Source: Terriglobia bacterium | Lineage (GTDB): Bacteria > Acidobacteriota > Terriglobia > 20CM-2-55-15 | Assembly (NCBI GenBank): GCA_963664115.2 | Contig: CAXWPJ010000009.1 | Span: 1,024,001 to 1,088,000 of the forward strand | Length of the DNA stretch: 64,000 bases | Direction of reading: 5' to 3' | Part shown: positions 41,391 to 53,020 of the stretch, piece after piece | How the letters are laid out: every line of letters starts with the position of its first letter | Position numbering within the stretch: position 1 is the first letter of the stretch | The notes under the pieces: generated by a model | What the model saw: the letters and a program-made list of their open reading frames with translations, nothing else | The model's database searches: none | What the model was told of the DNA's origin: nothing | Program-made: the position numbers and the translations under genes

Positions 41391-41522
41391 TTACGGCTTT
41401 ACGCAGCACACACACGAGCAGTGGCACCGGCTTGGATCGGCCTCGCACTTGCAGGAACAACCTTCCGGGCCACAGTCGCAATTTTCGCAGCACTTACATT
41501 GGCACTGATATTCGGTGGGCAT
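41391..41522 (-). CDS. Metallothionein-like small Cys-rich protein (43 aa, 14 Cys)
   Basis: AGGAG RBS 7 nt before ATG. Sequence MPTEYQCQCKCCENCDCGPEGCSCKCEADPSRCHCSCVCCVKP. Confidence 0.7.
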   Translation of the reverse strand: MPTEYQCQCKCCENCDCGPEGCSCKCEADPSRCHCSCVCCVKP

Positions 41523-42057
41523 GTCAATTCTCCTTCTTCGCCGGTAATTATAATCTACTGACAGCAGCGCACGATCCTCAAGCAGCGCAACCGGTGGACA
41601 GTGGGTCTTTTCAAAATAGATCGCGATCATCTTCTGCAGCGCGGCGGGTCCGGGTGACAATCCGGCGACTGTAGCGTCGCTTAGTATGGGGCGGGCCGTC
41701 CTCGCGGGCCGAAGCTCGACCATTTCAAATCACCACCTTCTTTGAACCATCGATATGGCGATCTGAATTGCACTGTCGCTGGGGGATCCTCAACCTACCG
41801 ATACCCCTAGCTGCTCGCCGGATCCAGGATCCAGCCTAGTCGCCAAGCTCCACCCGTGTAATTCCATTGACCGTCCGGCCCGTATTTAACGAACCAAAGA
41901 ACGAAACCCGCCTGGAAAGAAGTTGTGGTGTTTAATTGGCTATTATAGTATGTGCGATAAGGCTCTCTGCCTGCCCTGTCTGCCCGATATGAATGTTGTC
42001 GCAGCTGATGCCTGAGGTGATTTCTGATCTGAGACCTGACTGTTTAAAGGAGACGGA

Positions 42058-44274
42058 ATGAGATTAATAAGGAAAAGAAAAGGCGCCCTGAGCATTGTGT
42101 CGCTCGCGGTGATCGCGATCGTGGGTGTCTGGGCTGGTGCCGTTGGTGAGGCGGCCCGAGAGCTGGCCCCGGAGACATCTCGATTGGTTGCCATCCATGA
42201 GATCTCTGATTTAGAGGCCTGCGCGTGGGACCAGCCTGGGGCTGGCTATTCCGATCTGGGGCCGTCCTTGCAGCCCGTAAATCTCTTGGCCGCGCTGGGG
42301 CCGCGATCTGCCTTACCTCTGATGGGATCGGTCGCACAAACGCCGGCGGAAATGCAGCGGGGACGCAACAGAGAGCCGTTCGAGGCACAGAGGAACGGGA
42401 CTGCAACGCGTGTGCGCAGGATCGCGGATACCTATCCGACGTACACCGCCGTGGGTATTAATCTCCAGACCAATGAAGTCATCCTTCAGGATAACAATTT
42501 GTGGTCGACCCGAATCTTCAACCGCTTGGACAACACCCCGCCGGACGCCGATTTAACCGAAGCAAAGAAGGTTATTCAAGGCGAACAGACCCATATCCAG
42601 TTCAACAACGGCATCTACATCGATCCGGGGAATGGGGACATCTATTCGGTCGAATCGGACACGGGCGACAGGATGGTTGTGTTTGCTCACGACGCGAGAG
42701 GCAATGCCGCACCCAAGCGCATTCTGAACACGCCGCATCGTGTGTATAGCATTGCCGTCGACGAAGAGCGGGAAGAGCTGTACGTGACGGTGGAGTACCC
42801 GCCCGAGGTGGTTGTGTATCGCAAGGACGCCTCCGGTGACGAGCAGCCGCTTCGCCGAATCGTGGGTCAACGCACAAAGCTTGAGGGTCCCCACGGTATC
42901 GCCGTCGATGTCGAGAACCAACTCTTGTACGTCAATACCTGGGGCCAGGCGACCAATTTCAGGAATCCCGGTACGGGCCGGTTCAATCCACCGGCCATCA
43001 ACATCTATCCGCTTGACGCCAGCGGGGACACACCGCCGGTGCGAAGGATTCAAGGAGACCGGACCCAAATGAACTGGCCCGGGAATATGGCGTTGAACCC
43101 CGATAATGGGGATCTGTATGTGGCCAATGACGTGGAACACTCGATTCTCGTCTTCACGGGACTGGCTTACGTCCGGGGCAACGTACCGCCGACACGAGTC
43201 ATCAAGGGAGACCAGACGGCTCTGGTTTACCCGACGGGTGTGGCTATCGATAGGACGAATCAGGAGTTGTGGGTTTCCAATCTGGGCAACGCCTCGGCCA
43301 CGGCGTATCCGTTGATGGCTGAGGGAAACGTCGAGCCCCTGCGCACGATCCGCAGTGCGCCTCGGGAACATCAATCGTTGACTTTCGGCCGCACCGCGGC
43401 GGTGGCCTATGACCCCAACCGGCAAGAAATCCTGATACCGAACTGAGTGAACCACCCGCAGATTGCGGCTTTCGCCAGGCTGGCGGAAGAGAACGCGACG
43501 CCCACACGCAAATTGGAAGGTCAACTGACGCGGCTCGGTCGGACCATGCACGATCTGTCCTACGACGCGATTCACGACGAAATTGTTGTGAGCAGTCCTT
43601 TCGCCCAGGCGATCCTGACATTCCGGGGCGGGGCTGACGGAGAGGAAGCGCCCCTTCGCATCATCCAGGGACCGCGTACCCAGATCGTCAGTGAGCGCGG
43701 CCTCGATAAGGTCACCATTGATCCGATCAATGAGGAAATCTTCATCGCCACTAGCCTCGATCAGATTCTGGTATTTGAACGGGAAGCGAACGGGGACGTG
43801 GCTCCCATCCGGGTTCTGGGTGGGCCTGACACCCGATTCACCGGGCGCCCCACCGTCCGTGTCGATCCGGCCAATGATCTCTTGTTGGTTTCGGCTCCGG
43901 GGCGCGACGAGGGGCTGTTGATTTTTGATCGGACCGCGAGCGGCAATACCCCACCACGGGCCGTGATCCCGGGGCCTTCCGGCAATCAATTTGAGATCTA
44001 CAACGACTTGATCATTACCCACAGGGTGGACACTATTTACGCCTGGAGCATCCATGATACCGGCGAGGATGTTCTTCCGATCTGGAAAATCCCAGCGCCT
44101 CTGGGCGACCGAGCCGAGACAACCAACCAACGGGGCATAGCCCTGGATCCTCTGCACAAAGAGGTCATCATTGGAACGGCGGCCGGAAATCAGGTTATGG
44201 TATTTTCCGTTCCGGAATTGTTCGATGGACCTGGCCCTTCCTCGTTGAATACGGACACGGCCGAACTTCGCTGA
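42058..44274 (+). CDS. Secreted beta-propeller protein, putative selenoprotein (UGA at 43444-43446, residue 463 of 738)
   Basis: ORFs 42058-43446 and 43447-44274 abut in frame (EILIPN*VNHPQIAAFARLA); same repeat family as copy 1. Confidence 0.85.
43469..43489 (+). promoter_or_regulatory. Candidate SECIS hairpin, propeller copy 2
   Basis: CTTTCGCCA-GGC-TGGCGGAAG, a 9-bp stem with the same 31-nt spacer. Confidence 0.75.
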
Positions 44275-44284
44275 CCCTCCGGAT

Positions 44285-44311
44285 TGGCGGCGCTTCCCGA
44301 AGGCGCCGCCA
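44285..44311 (+). terminator. GC-rich hairpin after propeller copy 2
   Basis: TGGCGGCGCTT-CCCG-AAGGCGCCGCCA. Confidence 0.45.
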
Positions 44312-44565
44312 GACCTAGATTCCCGCCCTGTCCACCCACACCTATTTCGGCAGCTCCACGCTTCGGTTTCCGAGCCGATCTGCGGTCTGCCTCCGACGGA
44401 ATGACTATCATCGCGCCCCCCTGTCCACGCGGCAATCCATTGCAAATCGCGGAACCCGGAGGCACCCGTCGATCGGGGATTGTTTTCGATGGGGAACCCC
44501 GTTTCCCGGGTTTATAATCATCTCACTAGCCGTCCAGCGATTCAGGCACCACAGGAGCGCATAGC

Positions 44566-47007
44566 ATGGGCCTATTCCGACCGGTTTTAATTTGTCTTCT
44601 GCTTCCCGGGGGCGCGCTTGGACAATTGTTGACCGAGAATCCGCTCGACGCCGTAAAGAATCAGGTTGATGAGGTGCTCCGAGACGCAGGGGATCCATTT
44701 ACGGCAGAACAGGAGAGACGGATAACGCTTCTACTCGAAGATCAGCGTCGGGCGTCGGAAGAGTTGTTTGGCGAGATCATGGATTTCAGCAGCGGCGTGC
44801 CGGAGGGAGCCGACCAAGACCGAGCGATCGCCGCTATTCAATGGATTCATGATGCATTCAGGAGGCGGCTTTCCGAGTACTTGACCCCCTCTCAGAGAGC
44901 CGCCTGGGAAGCGTTCGAATCAAGCGGAGTCGCCATCGGTGCTGAGATCGAAGGGGCCGTCCCAGGCGCCGATACTGCTCGGATTCAGGAGATTCGGGTC
45001 ACGAATAATCCCTTCAGCGCGGAAAGCGACGTCACATTTGCGAGCAGATGGCCGGTCGAGACACTGCGAACCGAGATTATCGAACGCGGAGGGGCTGGCG
45101 CATTCCACGGCAACCTATCCATGGCATTTCAGGATGACGTTTTGAACGCCCGGAATCCGGCCGCCACCAACAAACCCTCCTATCGCGAAAGGACGATCAG
45201 CGGGAACATCAGCGGCCCGGTAATCCGAAACAGGCTCACGGCCACCCTGAGCCTGAGGGACAATCGGCGGGAGAACGTCGGTACGGTCAACGCGCTGACT
45301 CTGGACGGACCGTTTACTTTGGGTATCACCCGTCCGAACGTCAACAGATCTTACGCCGGGAGGGGGATTTTGCAGATCGGCGAATCGCAGTCGCTCCACT
45401 TCGGCGTCGAGTTCGGCCAGGGCAGCCGCGAGAATCTGGATATGGGGGACTTTACACTGCCCGAGCGGGGTTCCAATGCGGATAGCCATAGCACCGACTT
45501 GGACTTGCGGCATCTTTGGATCTTGTCGGAACGATCCGTTTACGAAACCCGTTTTTCGTGGCGGAAGGACCGCAGTGAAACCCGTCCAATTACGACGGGC
45601 GTGGCCATAAACGTCTTGGATGCGTTCAACGGCGGAGGCGGTCAGCTTCGTGAGGAGACCGATGGCGCGACATATGAGTTCGGAAACCTGCTCTACCGCA
45701 CCGGCGATCGACTGACGTTGAGGGTGGGAATGAACGGTATATACCGCACCGAGGTTTTGCTGCATGAGGCGAACTTTCTGGGCCTCTTTACTTTCTCGGA
45801 CCTGGAAAGTTTCCGGAACGGGCGGCCGCGACAATACGATGTCAACCGGGGTAACCCACTGCTTGAAATGGATCAGCTCGACCTGGGTTTCTTCGTCCAG
45901 AATGACTTTCAGCTTACGAGCCGATTCACGTTGATGTTCGGCACACGTTATCAGTGGCAGACGAACCTCAGCAACAAACATGATGTTGATCCGCGCCTGA
46001 ATTTCGCGTATGCGATCGGGAGTTCCACGGTCCTTCGAGGCGGGGCCGGGATATTTCACACCCGCTTCCCACTGGCCGGCTTTGAAGAGCTGGCTCGATT
46101 CGACGGCACGAGACAGTTTGGACTCCGAGTCTCCGAACCCGGATGGCCCGACCCTTTTCAGTCGGGCGATGCCGAGATCGTTCCGCCGCCCTCCCGTTAT
46201 GTCGCGACCGCGGACCTTACGACAGGGTATTTCATCACTCAGAACATCGCGATCGAGCAGAACCTACCGGGTAATCTTTTCTTGACCCTCAGCTACGACC
46301 GCTCGCGATCTATGGGCAACCGGCGGATTCGAAACATCAATACACCGCTTCCCGGCACCATTACCGAGGAAAGTCCGGACGGTATCAAGCCGTTCCCGAA
46401 CGAGGGCGACATCATCGAGCGGAGGTCGACCGGTGTGACCGTCTTCCAGAACGTCAGAATCCATGCCCGGCAGCGGTTCAGCGTCTTTAACGTTGTTGCC
46501 AACTACAGATTCAATTGGGGATATAGCGATGGGAGGGGCTCCTTTCCGGCCTCAGATGCCTATGATTTAGGGGCGGACTGGGGACGGTCGGAACAGTTTC
46601 CGGAACATGACTTTACGGCAGGTTTTAACTCCCGGCTACCGTTGGACGTGTACCTGACGACAACCGTCTCCGCCCGGTCAGGCGATATCTACACCATCAC
46701 GACCGGAACGGATGACAATCGAGACGGATTTTTCACGGACCGGCCTGTCGGCGAACCCTTCAACGGAGCAACCGGACCCAATTACTTCGCCCTCGGTTTC
46801 AACCTCTCGAAGGCGTTTCAGCTCGGCCAGGCCACGGGCATTGGAGCCACAGGCCCGCGACTGAGTATTTTCGCGAACGTGAACAATGCCTTTAACAGGA
46901 CGAATCTCCGCGCGCCCAGCGGCGTTATGACCTCCCGCAACTTTGGACGTTCGACGAGCGCGTACGCTCCCCGGGGAATCGAGGTAGGAATGCGATTCCA
47001 GTTCTAA
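44566..47007 (+). CDS. TonB-receptor-like outer-membrane barrel with a helical N-terminal domain (paralog of 29705-32356)
   Basis: Signal peptide, FTAEQERRI, LNARNP, FTLPERGS, DPRLNFAY, C-terminal MRFQF. Confidence 0.8.
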   Translation: MGLFRPVLICLLLPGGALGQLLTENPLDAVKNQVDEVLRDAGDPFTAEQERRITLLLEDQRRASEELFGEIMDFSSGVPEGADQDRAIAAIQWIHDAFRRRLSEYLTPSQRAAWEAFESSGVAIGAEIEGAVPGADTARIQEIRVTNNPFSAESDVTFASRWPVETLRTEIIERGGAGAFHGNLSMAFQDDVLNARNPAATNKPSYRERTISGNISGPVIRNRLTATLSLRDNRRENVGTVNALTLDGPFTLGITRPNVNRSYAGRGILQIGESQSLHFGVEFGQGSRENLDMGDFTLPERGSNADSHSTDLDLRHLWILSERSVYETRFSWRKDRSETRPITTGVAINVLDAFNGGGGQLREETDGATYEFGNLLYRTGDRLTLRVGMNGIYRTEVLLHEANFLGLFTFSDLESFRNGRPRQYDVNRGNPLLEMDQLDLGFFVQNDFQLTSRFTLMFGTRYQWQTNLSNKHDVDPRLNFAYAIGSSTVLRGGAGIFHTRFPLAGFEELARFDGTRQFGLRVSEPGWPDPFQSGDAEIVPPPSRYVATADLTTGYFITQNIAIEQNLPGNLFLTLSYDRSRSMGNRRIRNINTPLPGTITEESPDGIKPFPNEGDIIERRSTGVTVFQNVRIHARQRFSVFNVVANYRFNWGYSDGRGSFPASDAYDLGADWGRSEQFPEHDFTAGFNSRLPLDVYLTTTVSARSGDIYTITTGTDDNRDGFFTDRPVGEPFNGATGPNYFALGFNLSKAFQLGQATGIGATGPRLSIFANVNNAFNRTNLRAPSGVMTSRNFGRSTSAYAPRGIEVGMRFQF

Positions 47008-47230
47008 CGCCCTCCAGCTCGTCAGCCGCCACGATTGGCTTCGGGATCCGGACAATTTTCCGATTAAGAACACAGGTTTTCAGCGTAAAACCGGCTGCTG
47101 GGTCCCCGACAAAAAGTTGTGCGGTCCCCACCCCTGTTATAAGATCTCCACCAACTTCCCGAGTCCTAAAGCCTATAATCTGCCGGGCTAAGACACTGCG
47201 TGCTTGCACAAAGGAGTCTTGATGGGCCGC

Positions 47231-48799
47231 CTACCCGCTGTCCGCCGCCGCGCGTGTGAGATACCGCAGCAAGCCCTTGACGCCGACGAAAAATCCAATA
47301 CCGCTGAAGACAATACAACCCAGGCTGAGCAGGATGACACCGATATCCCAAAGCGGACGATTGTAGTACCAGAACGAAAAATCGAGACTGTGGAAACCCT
47401 TGTAGAGCCAGCGTACCGTTCGATCGAAGCGAGTGAACCTGCCTGTGACCTGACTCAGGCGGGGATCAATGTAGAACCACGTTCCGTCGGGATCGCCGAA
47501 CTTGACCCGAAGGACTGGCAAGGGCCGGGCGCCGTCTTGCGAGTAGTAGTAGGCGTCGTATTCAGTGAGCAACTCGGAATCGATAATCGGCACATCCGGA
47601 TTACCTTCGCTGACACGGCTCATCAGGGATTCGATAGCAAACGTCTCCTGCCGTATCGCGAGCGGGCTCTCAGCGATGTCGAAAAGATTTTCGAAGAGAT
47701 TCTCAGAAACGATGCCTGGATTTGCAGCGATCAGCAACGGGCGCTCTTCGATTCCGCGTATGAGGTAATACGGATCTCCCTGGATGTTTACGAACTCCAC
47801 CTCCTTCGCCAGGCGTCCCCCTAAAGCGTCGTTCCATTCATCGGGATCCACCCCCTGAAAGAAGGATCCAAGATCAGCGGTGCCCCCGCTCAACGATTGA
47901 GGGATTCCCTCGCCCGTACCTGGGCCCGGGGCCCTTCCCCATGGCTCCAGCGAAAGGATTCCGCTCAAAACCCAGGTCAACATGAAGATGCCGAAGAAGG
48001 AGCCCGCCATATGGTGCCAGCGCATCCTGCCCGAACGGGGAAGGTCTGTGCCGGCACGTATCCACCGAAACGGACTCCACCCCACGAAATGGATGATTCC
48101 CATCACGACGCCGATGAGGGCCAATATCGCGCAGAGGCCGGCTGTCGAGAGCACCACGGTTTTCCACGTTGGGCCATTGGGGCGTAGCGGCGCAAAGTAA
48201 AACCAATGGGGAATGGCCGAGATCCAGGCCAAAGCCCGCGTGCGGCGCGTGGTCGACACCACGACCTCAGCGATCTCGGCCGATACGTACAGCTCGGTGC
48301 CCGCATCGTCATCGACTCTGATTTTGTGCAAGGGCATCCGCCCGCGCCAGTCTATCGTCCACTGGTCGGGTGCATCAAGAACTCCGGCGTAACGCATCCG
48401 TTCTCGGGGCAGGTCCATAAAGCTGCCTGCGATCCGGATGGCACCTGCTCCCCCGACCTGGATCAGCCTCTCGCCGGTATCGGCGAACACCGTAACGGTC
48501 TCACGTCCAGTGAATCGATACGCGGGACGATCCATCACCGTCAGTAACGTTACCGAGGGGTTGATCAGTCCCAGGCCCGTTCCGTCAACGGCTTGTGACG
48601 GCGTAATCCGGACCCGGTTCATATCGAGCGCGGGCAAACGCTCGAGACGGGCTTCGGGACTCAAGCCCGGCATGTCGTGGGCGTACATCATCGCGATTCC
48701 CGAGACACCCCAGACCATGAACACCAGACTCAGCCCGATGCCGAGGCAGCGATAGATGGGAATCACCCACTTGCGAAACCACACCATAAAGTCACTCAC
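47231..48799 (-). CDS. PepSY-associated TM helix domain protein
   Basis: Several TM segments, RWHHMAG, RWLYKGFHSLDF. Lies downstream of a TonB receptor, as is usual for this family. Confidence 0.85.
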   Translation of the reverse strand: MSDFMVWFRKWVIPIYRCLGIGLSLVFMVWGVSGIAMMYAHDMPGLSPEARLERLPALDMNRVRITPSQAVDGTGLGLINPSVTLLTVMDRPAYRFTGRETVTVFADTGERLIQVGGAGAIRIAGSFMDLPRERMRYAGVLDAPDQWTIDWRGRMPLHKIRVDDDAGTELYVSAEIAEVVVSTTRRTRALAWISAIPHWFYFAPLRPNGPTWKTVVLSTAGLCAILALIGVVMGIIHFVGWSPFRWIRAGTDLPRSGRMRWHHMAGSFFGIFMLTWVLSGILSLEPWGRAPGPGTGEGIPQSLSGGTADLGSFFQGVDPDEWNDALGGRLAKEVEFVNIQGDPYYLIRGIEERPLLIAANPGIVSENLFENLFDIAESPLAIRQETFAIESLMSRVSEGNPDVPIIDSELLTEYDAYYYSQDGARPLPVLRVKFGDPDGTWFYIDPRLSQVTGRFTRFDRTVRWLYKGFHSLDFSFWYYNRPLWDIGVILLSLGCIVFSGIGFFVGVKGLLRYLTRAAADSG

Positions 48800-49074
48800 G
48801 AGGAAGATCGTATCTTAAAACATTTTGAATTCCTCATGAGATATTACGTGGAGAAGAGGCGGCCATGGCCGACCATGAACGAAACGGAAACCTACCCTGG
48901 GTTCCGCATTCCTGACACCTGGGTGAACCACGAATGGGGCGACGGCTCCACCTTGAGTCGGTAGATGATTGCACCCAGATCCACGTACAGACGCGCAACA
49001 GCGTGCACCCGATCACCGCAATCGATGGGTTTCAACGGATGGTTGTTGGATGGCGGGGACGAGCGTTCCCCCTC

Positions 49075-49112
49075 AAAAAAAAGCGGCCTTCCCCTTTCTC
49101 GAGGAAGGCCGC
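49075..49112 (-). terminator. Intrinsic terminator of the minus-strand receptor gene
   Basis: GCGGCCTTCC...GGAAGGCCGC stem next to an 8-A run (U-tract on the minus strand). Confidence 0.75.
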
Positions 49113-49148
49113 AACTGTTACTTCAACTCCTTGATCGACAGATCGCGA

Positions 49149-52100
49149 TCAGAATTTGTACTTCAACGCGAACTGCAAGATCCGAGGATCCGCGGCCGAG
49201 GTGATCTGGCCAAAATCATTATCGTCGATAATATTCTCCGGGTTGCCCAGATTGACGTTGTTCGGCAAGTTAAAAGCCTCGGCTCGGATCTCGAGCGTCT
49301 GGTTCTCCCCGATGGCGAACGATCGAGTCAGTCCGACGTCGAGCGTAAAGATTCCCGGACCCCGGATGCTGTTGCGGCCAAGGTTCCCGTAGGTGCCACG
49401 CGCAGGTGTGGCGAAGGCGGCCGGGTTCAGCCACTGGTCGGCACTCTTGTTGGCCATGAAAACGTTGTCCATCAGTTGGTGCGCCCTCTGGTCGTCCTCA
49501 TCCGTATTCGCTCGGTCGCAATCGCAACCGACATCGAAAAAGTCGCCGGACAGGACCTTGAGAATGCCCGAGGCCCGCCAGCCGCCGGCCAGCACCCTCA
49601 GTGTGGAATTGGCGAACTGCGGCGTCTCGTACACCGTCGACATGTTGAACGCGTGCCGCCGGTCCAGAATGTTGTTGCCGCGGTTAGCCGTGCGCCGGCT
49701 GAGGTGCGGGCGCCCCGAACTGGTGGAATTGAAGCTGGTCTGATCGCCGATGCTGTGGGACCAGGTGTAGTTCATCCGGAGATTCATGCCCGCACTCTGC
49801 CGCTCGAGCGAGAGCCACATCGCGTTGTAGCTGCCCGTGCCCCCGTCGTCGAACTTATTGAGGGCGGCGAGCCCGGACTCTGGATTGGCGCGGGTCAGCT
49901 CCCGCACGCCGTCGATCTCCGGATTGGCCTCCCGGATGCCCAACAGGTGGATCGAGGTATTGCCGATGTAGTTCGCCGTCGCCATCCACTCGCGACCGAT
50001 CTGGCGCTGAAGACTGAGGTTCCATTGGTGAACGTAGGGCGACTTATAGTTCTCATCGAGGGTCATGAACAGCGCGTTTCGAGGGAAAACTAAGTCCGGG
50101 GTCGCAATGACAGGTATAGGGTTGCCTCCCGGATTCCTGATCCACGGGTCATCCAGTCCGCCGATGTACCGGTTCCACGTAATACGCGGGGTGAACGGCG
50201 TGAGGTTCCGCAGCCCGTTGAACTGGTATGTGTGCGGGTAGTCGTAGAAGACCCCATAGGCGGCGCGGATGCTCGTGCGGCCGTCGCCTGACACGTCCCA
50301 CGCCATGCCCACGCGGGGCGCAAAATGGCCCCACAGGTTGTTGCTGATCTGGGCATTGTCCGGCATTCCCTCATCGCCCGGGCCCGGTGGGCGGTCGCCG
50401 CCAGAGTACAGGTACCCCACCGGAGCGTTCACAAACACGGTGCTCTGGCGACCCTGGTCAAACCAGTCCCTCCGGAACCGCCCGGTGCGCTTGTCATTCC
50501 GCACCTGCGGCGTGAAGGGTTCCCAGCGGAGGCCGAGATTGAGCGTGAACTGATTATTCACCCTCCAGATGTCCTGCGCGTACAGCGATTGAAAGTCCTG
50601 CCGGGTATACCAGGTCGCGAGATCTTCCTGCCGGAAGCGGTCCACGTAACCGATCATGAAATCGGCCATCGACAGCCCGGTGCCCCGGGTTCGGAAGCGC
50701 CAATTGCCGGGGGAGGAGCTGCTGGACGAAATATACATGAGCTGGCGCATGTAAGATCCTCCGAACGCGAACTGGTGGTCGCCCTTCACCCAACCAATGT
50801 CGTTGGAGACTTCATAGCCGGTCGAGTTCGTGTACGACGGAGTGGCCTGCTGTGAGAACGTGTCGAACGCGCCTCGGACACTCGCCTCGGACATCGATGA
50901 TCATCATCTTCGGGTAAGGAGCCGCCGGAGAGGTGAAATCCTGGACCCCCACCTCCCCGGGCGTGAAAACGTCGAAGAACGATTTGGTGTTGGCTGTTCG
51001 AATCAGGGTCACCCGAAAAGAATTGATCAGATTGTTGTTGATCGACCACGTATCGCCGAACACGCCCGACTGGTATTTCCGGGCCCAATTCGGTTCATCC
51101 ACAGCTACGGGAATCGTCCCGTTGTAGTCGCTCGGACTCGTCAGCCTGTGAATCGAATAACGGAAAAACATCGAGTGGCTGTACTCACCTGAAAAGTCCG
51201 CGCGCGTTACCCACTGGTGCTCGTCTTCGTTTTCTCTTTCACTGAATTCGATTCTGCCGCACGGATCGGTTGTCTGCGGGAGCCGGGCGGCGATGTTTTT
51301 CGCCACCGGAGAGAGCAGCGCCGGGTCGATCTGGTTGTCAACGAAAGGGAAATCAGCCCTGATGTCTCTCCTGCCTCTCAAGGTGACCCCACGTCCCGCT
51401 CCCCGGCATTCGTCACCTGCGATCCGCCTGAAGTCACCGTTGAGCACCTCCGCGGTCGGAACGAAAGCGAAAGTGGTCGACGGCGCGGAACGCTTCATGG
51501 TCCGCTGATAGCCGGTGAAAAAGAACAGCCGGTCCCCGACAATCGGCCCCCCGAAGGTGCCGCCAAACTGGTTGCGCTTCAGCGAGTCGCGTTCGTTTGC
51601 GAACGTATTGCGGGCGTTGAATGCTTCGTTGCGCACGAATTCAAACGCGCTACCGTGAAACTGGTTTGTTCCCGACTTCGTCACTACGCTCACCAAGCCC
51701 GCCGAATGCTGGCCGTGCCGCGCGGGAATGGCACTGGTTTCGACTTTGAACTCCTGGAGTGCATCCGGAAACGGCAACGGCATGTTGAGGTTGTTGAACG
51801 GATCGTTGTGCGTTCCACCGTCCATCCGGTACGACAGGCCGTTATCCTGCCCACCACCGACCGAAACGGCGATGGTCGGATAGTTCCGGCTCGTGCCGCG
51901 GGTGGGTGAGGTGATAGCGGCCCCCGAAAGCGCGATCAGTTCGGTCGCATTACGTCCGTTGAGGGGAAGTTCCAGGACGCGCGCGTTGTCTAAGATCTGG
52001 CCAATGCCGGTGTTCCGGGTCTCCACCATTAGAGCGTCGGCCTGGACCTCGATGGTCTGGGCGAACTGTCCGACCTCCAGGACGACATTCGATGACAGGA

Positions 52101-52438
52101 CTGGCGCCCACCTGCAGCACGATTCCGGTTTGGAGAAAGGTACTGAAACCTGGAAGTGAAGCTTCCAGCGTATAGGGTCCCAGCGCGAGGTTCGGCAGGA
52201 TAAAGGATCCTGTTTCGTTCGAGACCGCCGTCCGAACCGTGCCCCTGTCAATGTTGGTTGTGGTGACTTCCACTCCGGGCAGCAAGGCCCCGGTCGGATC
52301 CGTAATCGTTCCGTTGATCTGGGCGGTCTCCTGGGCCCATGCTCCTGTCGACGTCAGTAGGACGATGAGAAGCCCTGCCAGCAGTCGGCACGCAACGATC
52401 CTACCGCCCCGTTCTTCGACTTTCTTAGCATTTTTCAT
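49149..52438 (-). pseudogene. Oar-like TonB-dependent receptor interrupted by two frameshifts
   Basis: Three consecutive ORF pieces (52438-51950, 52251-50812, 50894-49149) align end to end with the intact paralogs. One extra base at about 52090 and a 13-nt duplication at 50870-50893. Confidence 0.85.
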
Positions 52439-52644
52439 AGCTGTCCTCCATTTCCATCATTAGCTACCGCCTGCTTTCTTCCTGGGCGGCTTCCGGATCT
52501 CGCGAAGCAGCCACGAGGGATCAAAGCGAAACCCTCAACCTTCAGGAAAGCACCAAACATCCCACCCGGTTCCGTGGTGGATCCATTCGTCCAGACAACA
52601 AATTTTCGGATTTCTGAGCGGACGATAACAATGCGGACCCGCTC

Positions 52645-52870
52645 TGTCAAGAGGGTACTGACTCATATGTCGAGACCACAAAATCTGTCAGGTTCTTGTA
52701 GCAAATGGCGTGTCTGGTCCTGAAAGAGCCGGGGTCTGGATAGAGGTTAGCGAATGCCGGTGTATCCAGCCCGGAAACTGGAGCGGGCGATGAAGGTCAG
52801 AGAGGTGATTATACGAGCGATGAGCGGACAGAACATCGACTATCGACCCGATGTCGGTTTTCTATTGACA
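52645..52870 (+). mobile_element. Internally deleted ISNCY/IS1202-like insertion sequence remnant
   Basis: Ends TGTCAAGAG...CTATTGACA form an imperfect inverted repeat. It encodes ERAMKVREVIIRAM, which resembles the N-terminus of ISNCY transposases (recognised from memory). Confidence 0.55.
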
Positions 52871-53020
52871 GCCGGGCAACCGAAGTATAAACGTAACCGT
52901 GAAGCGTTCCGTCAAGGGGCCCGCATGGTTGATTTTCCACGAAGCGATTCGCTGCGGTTGCGACAAGATTGGCGTTTTTGCCGATCTGACTGCACCGCAG
53001 TTTTCTAAAGAGGGGACTTC

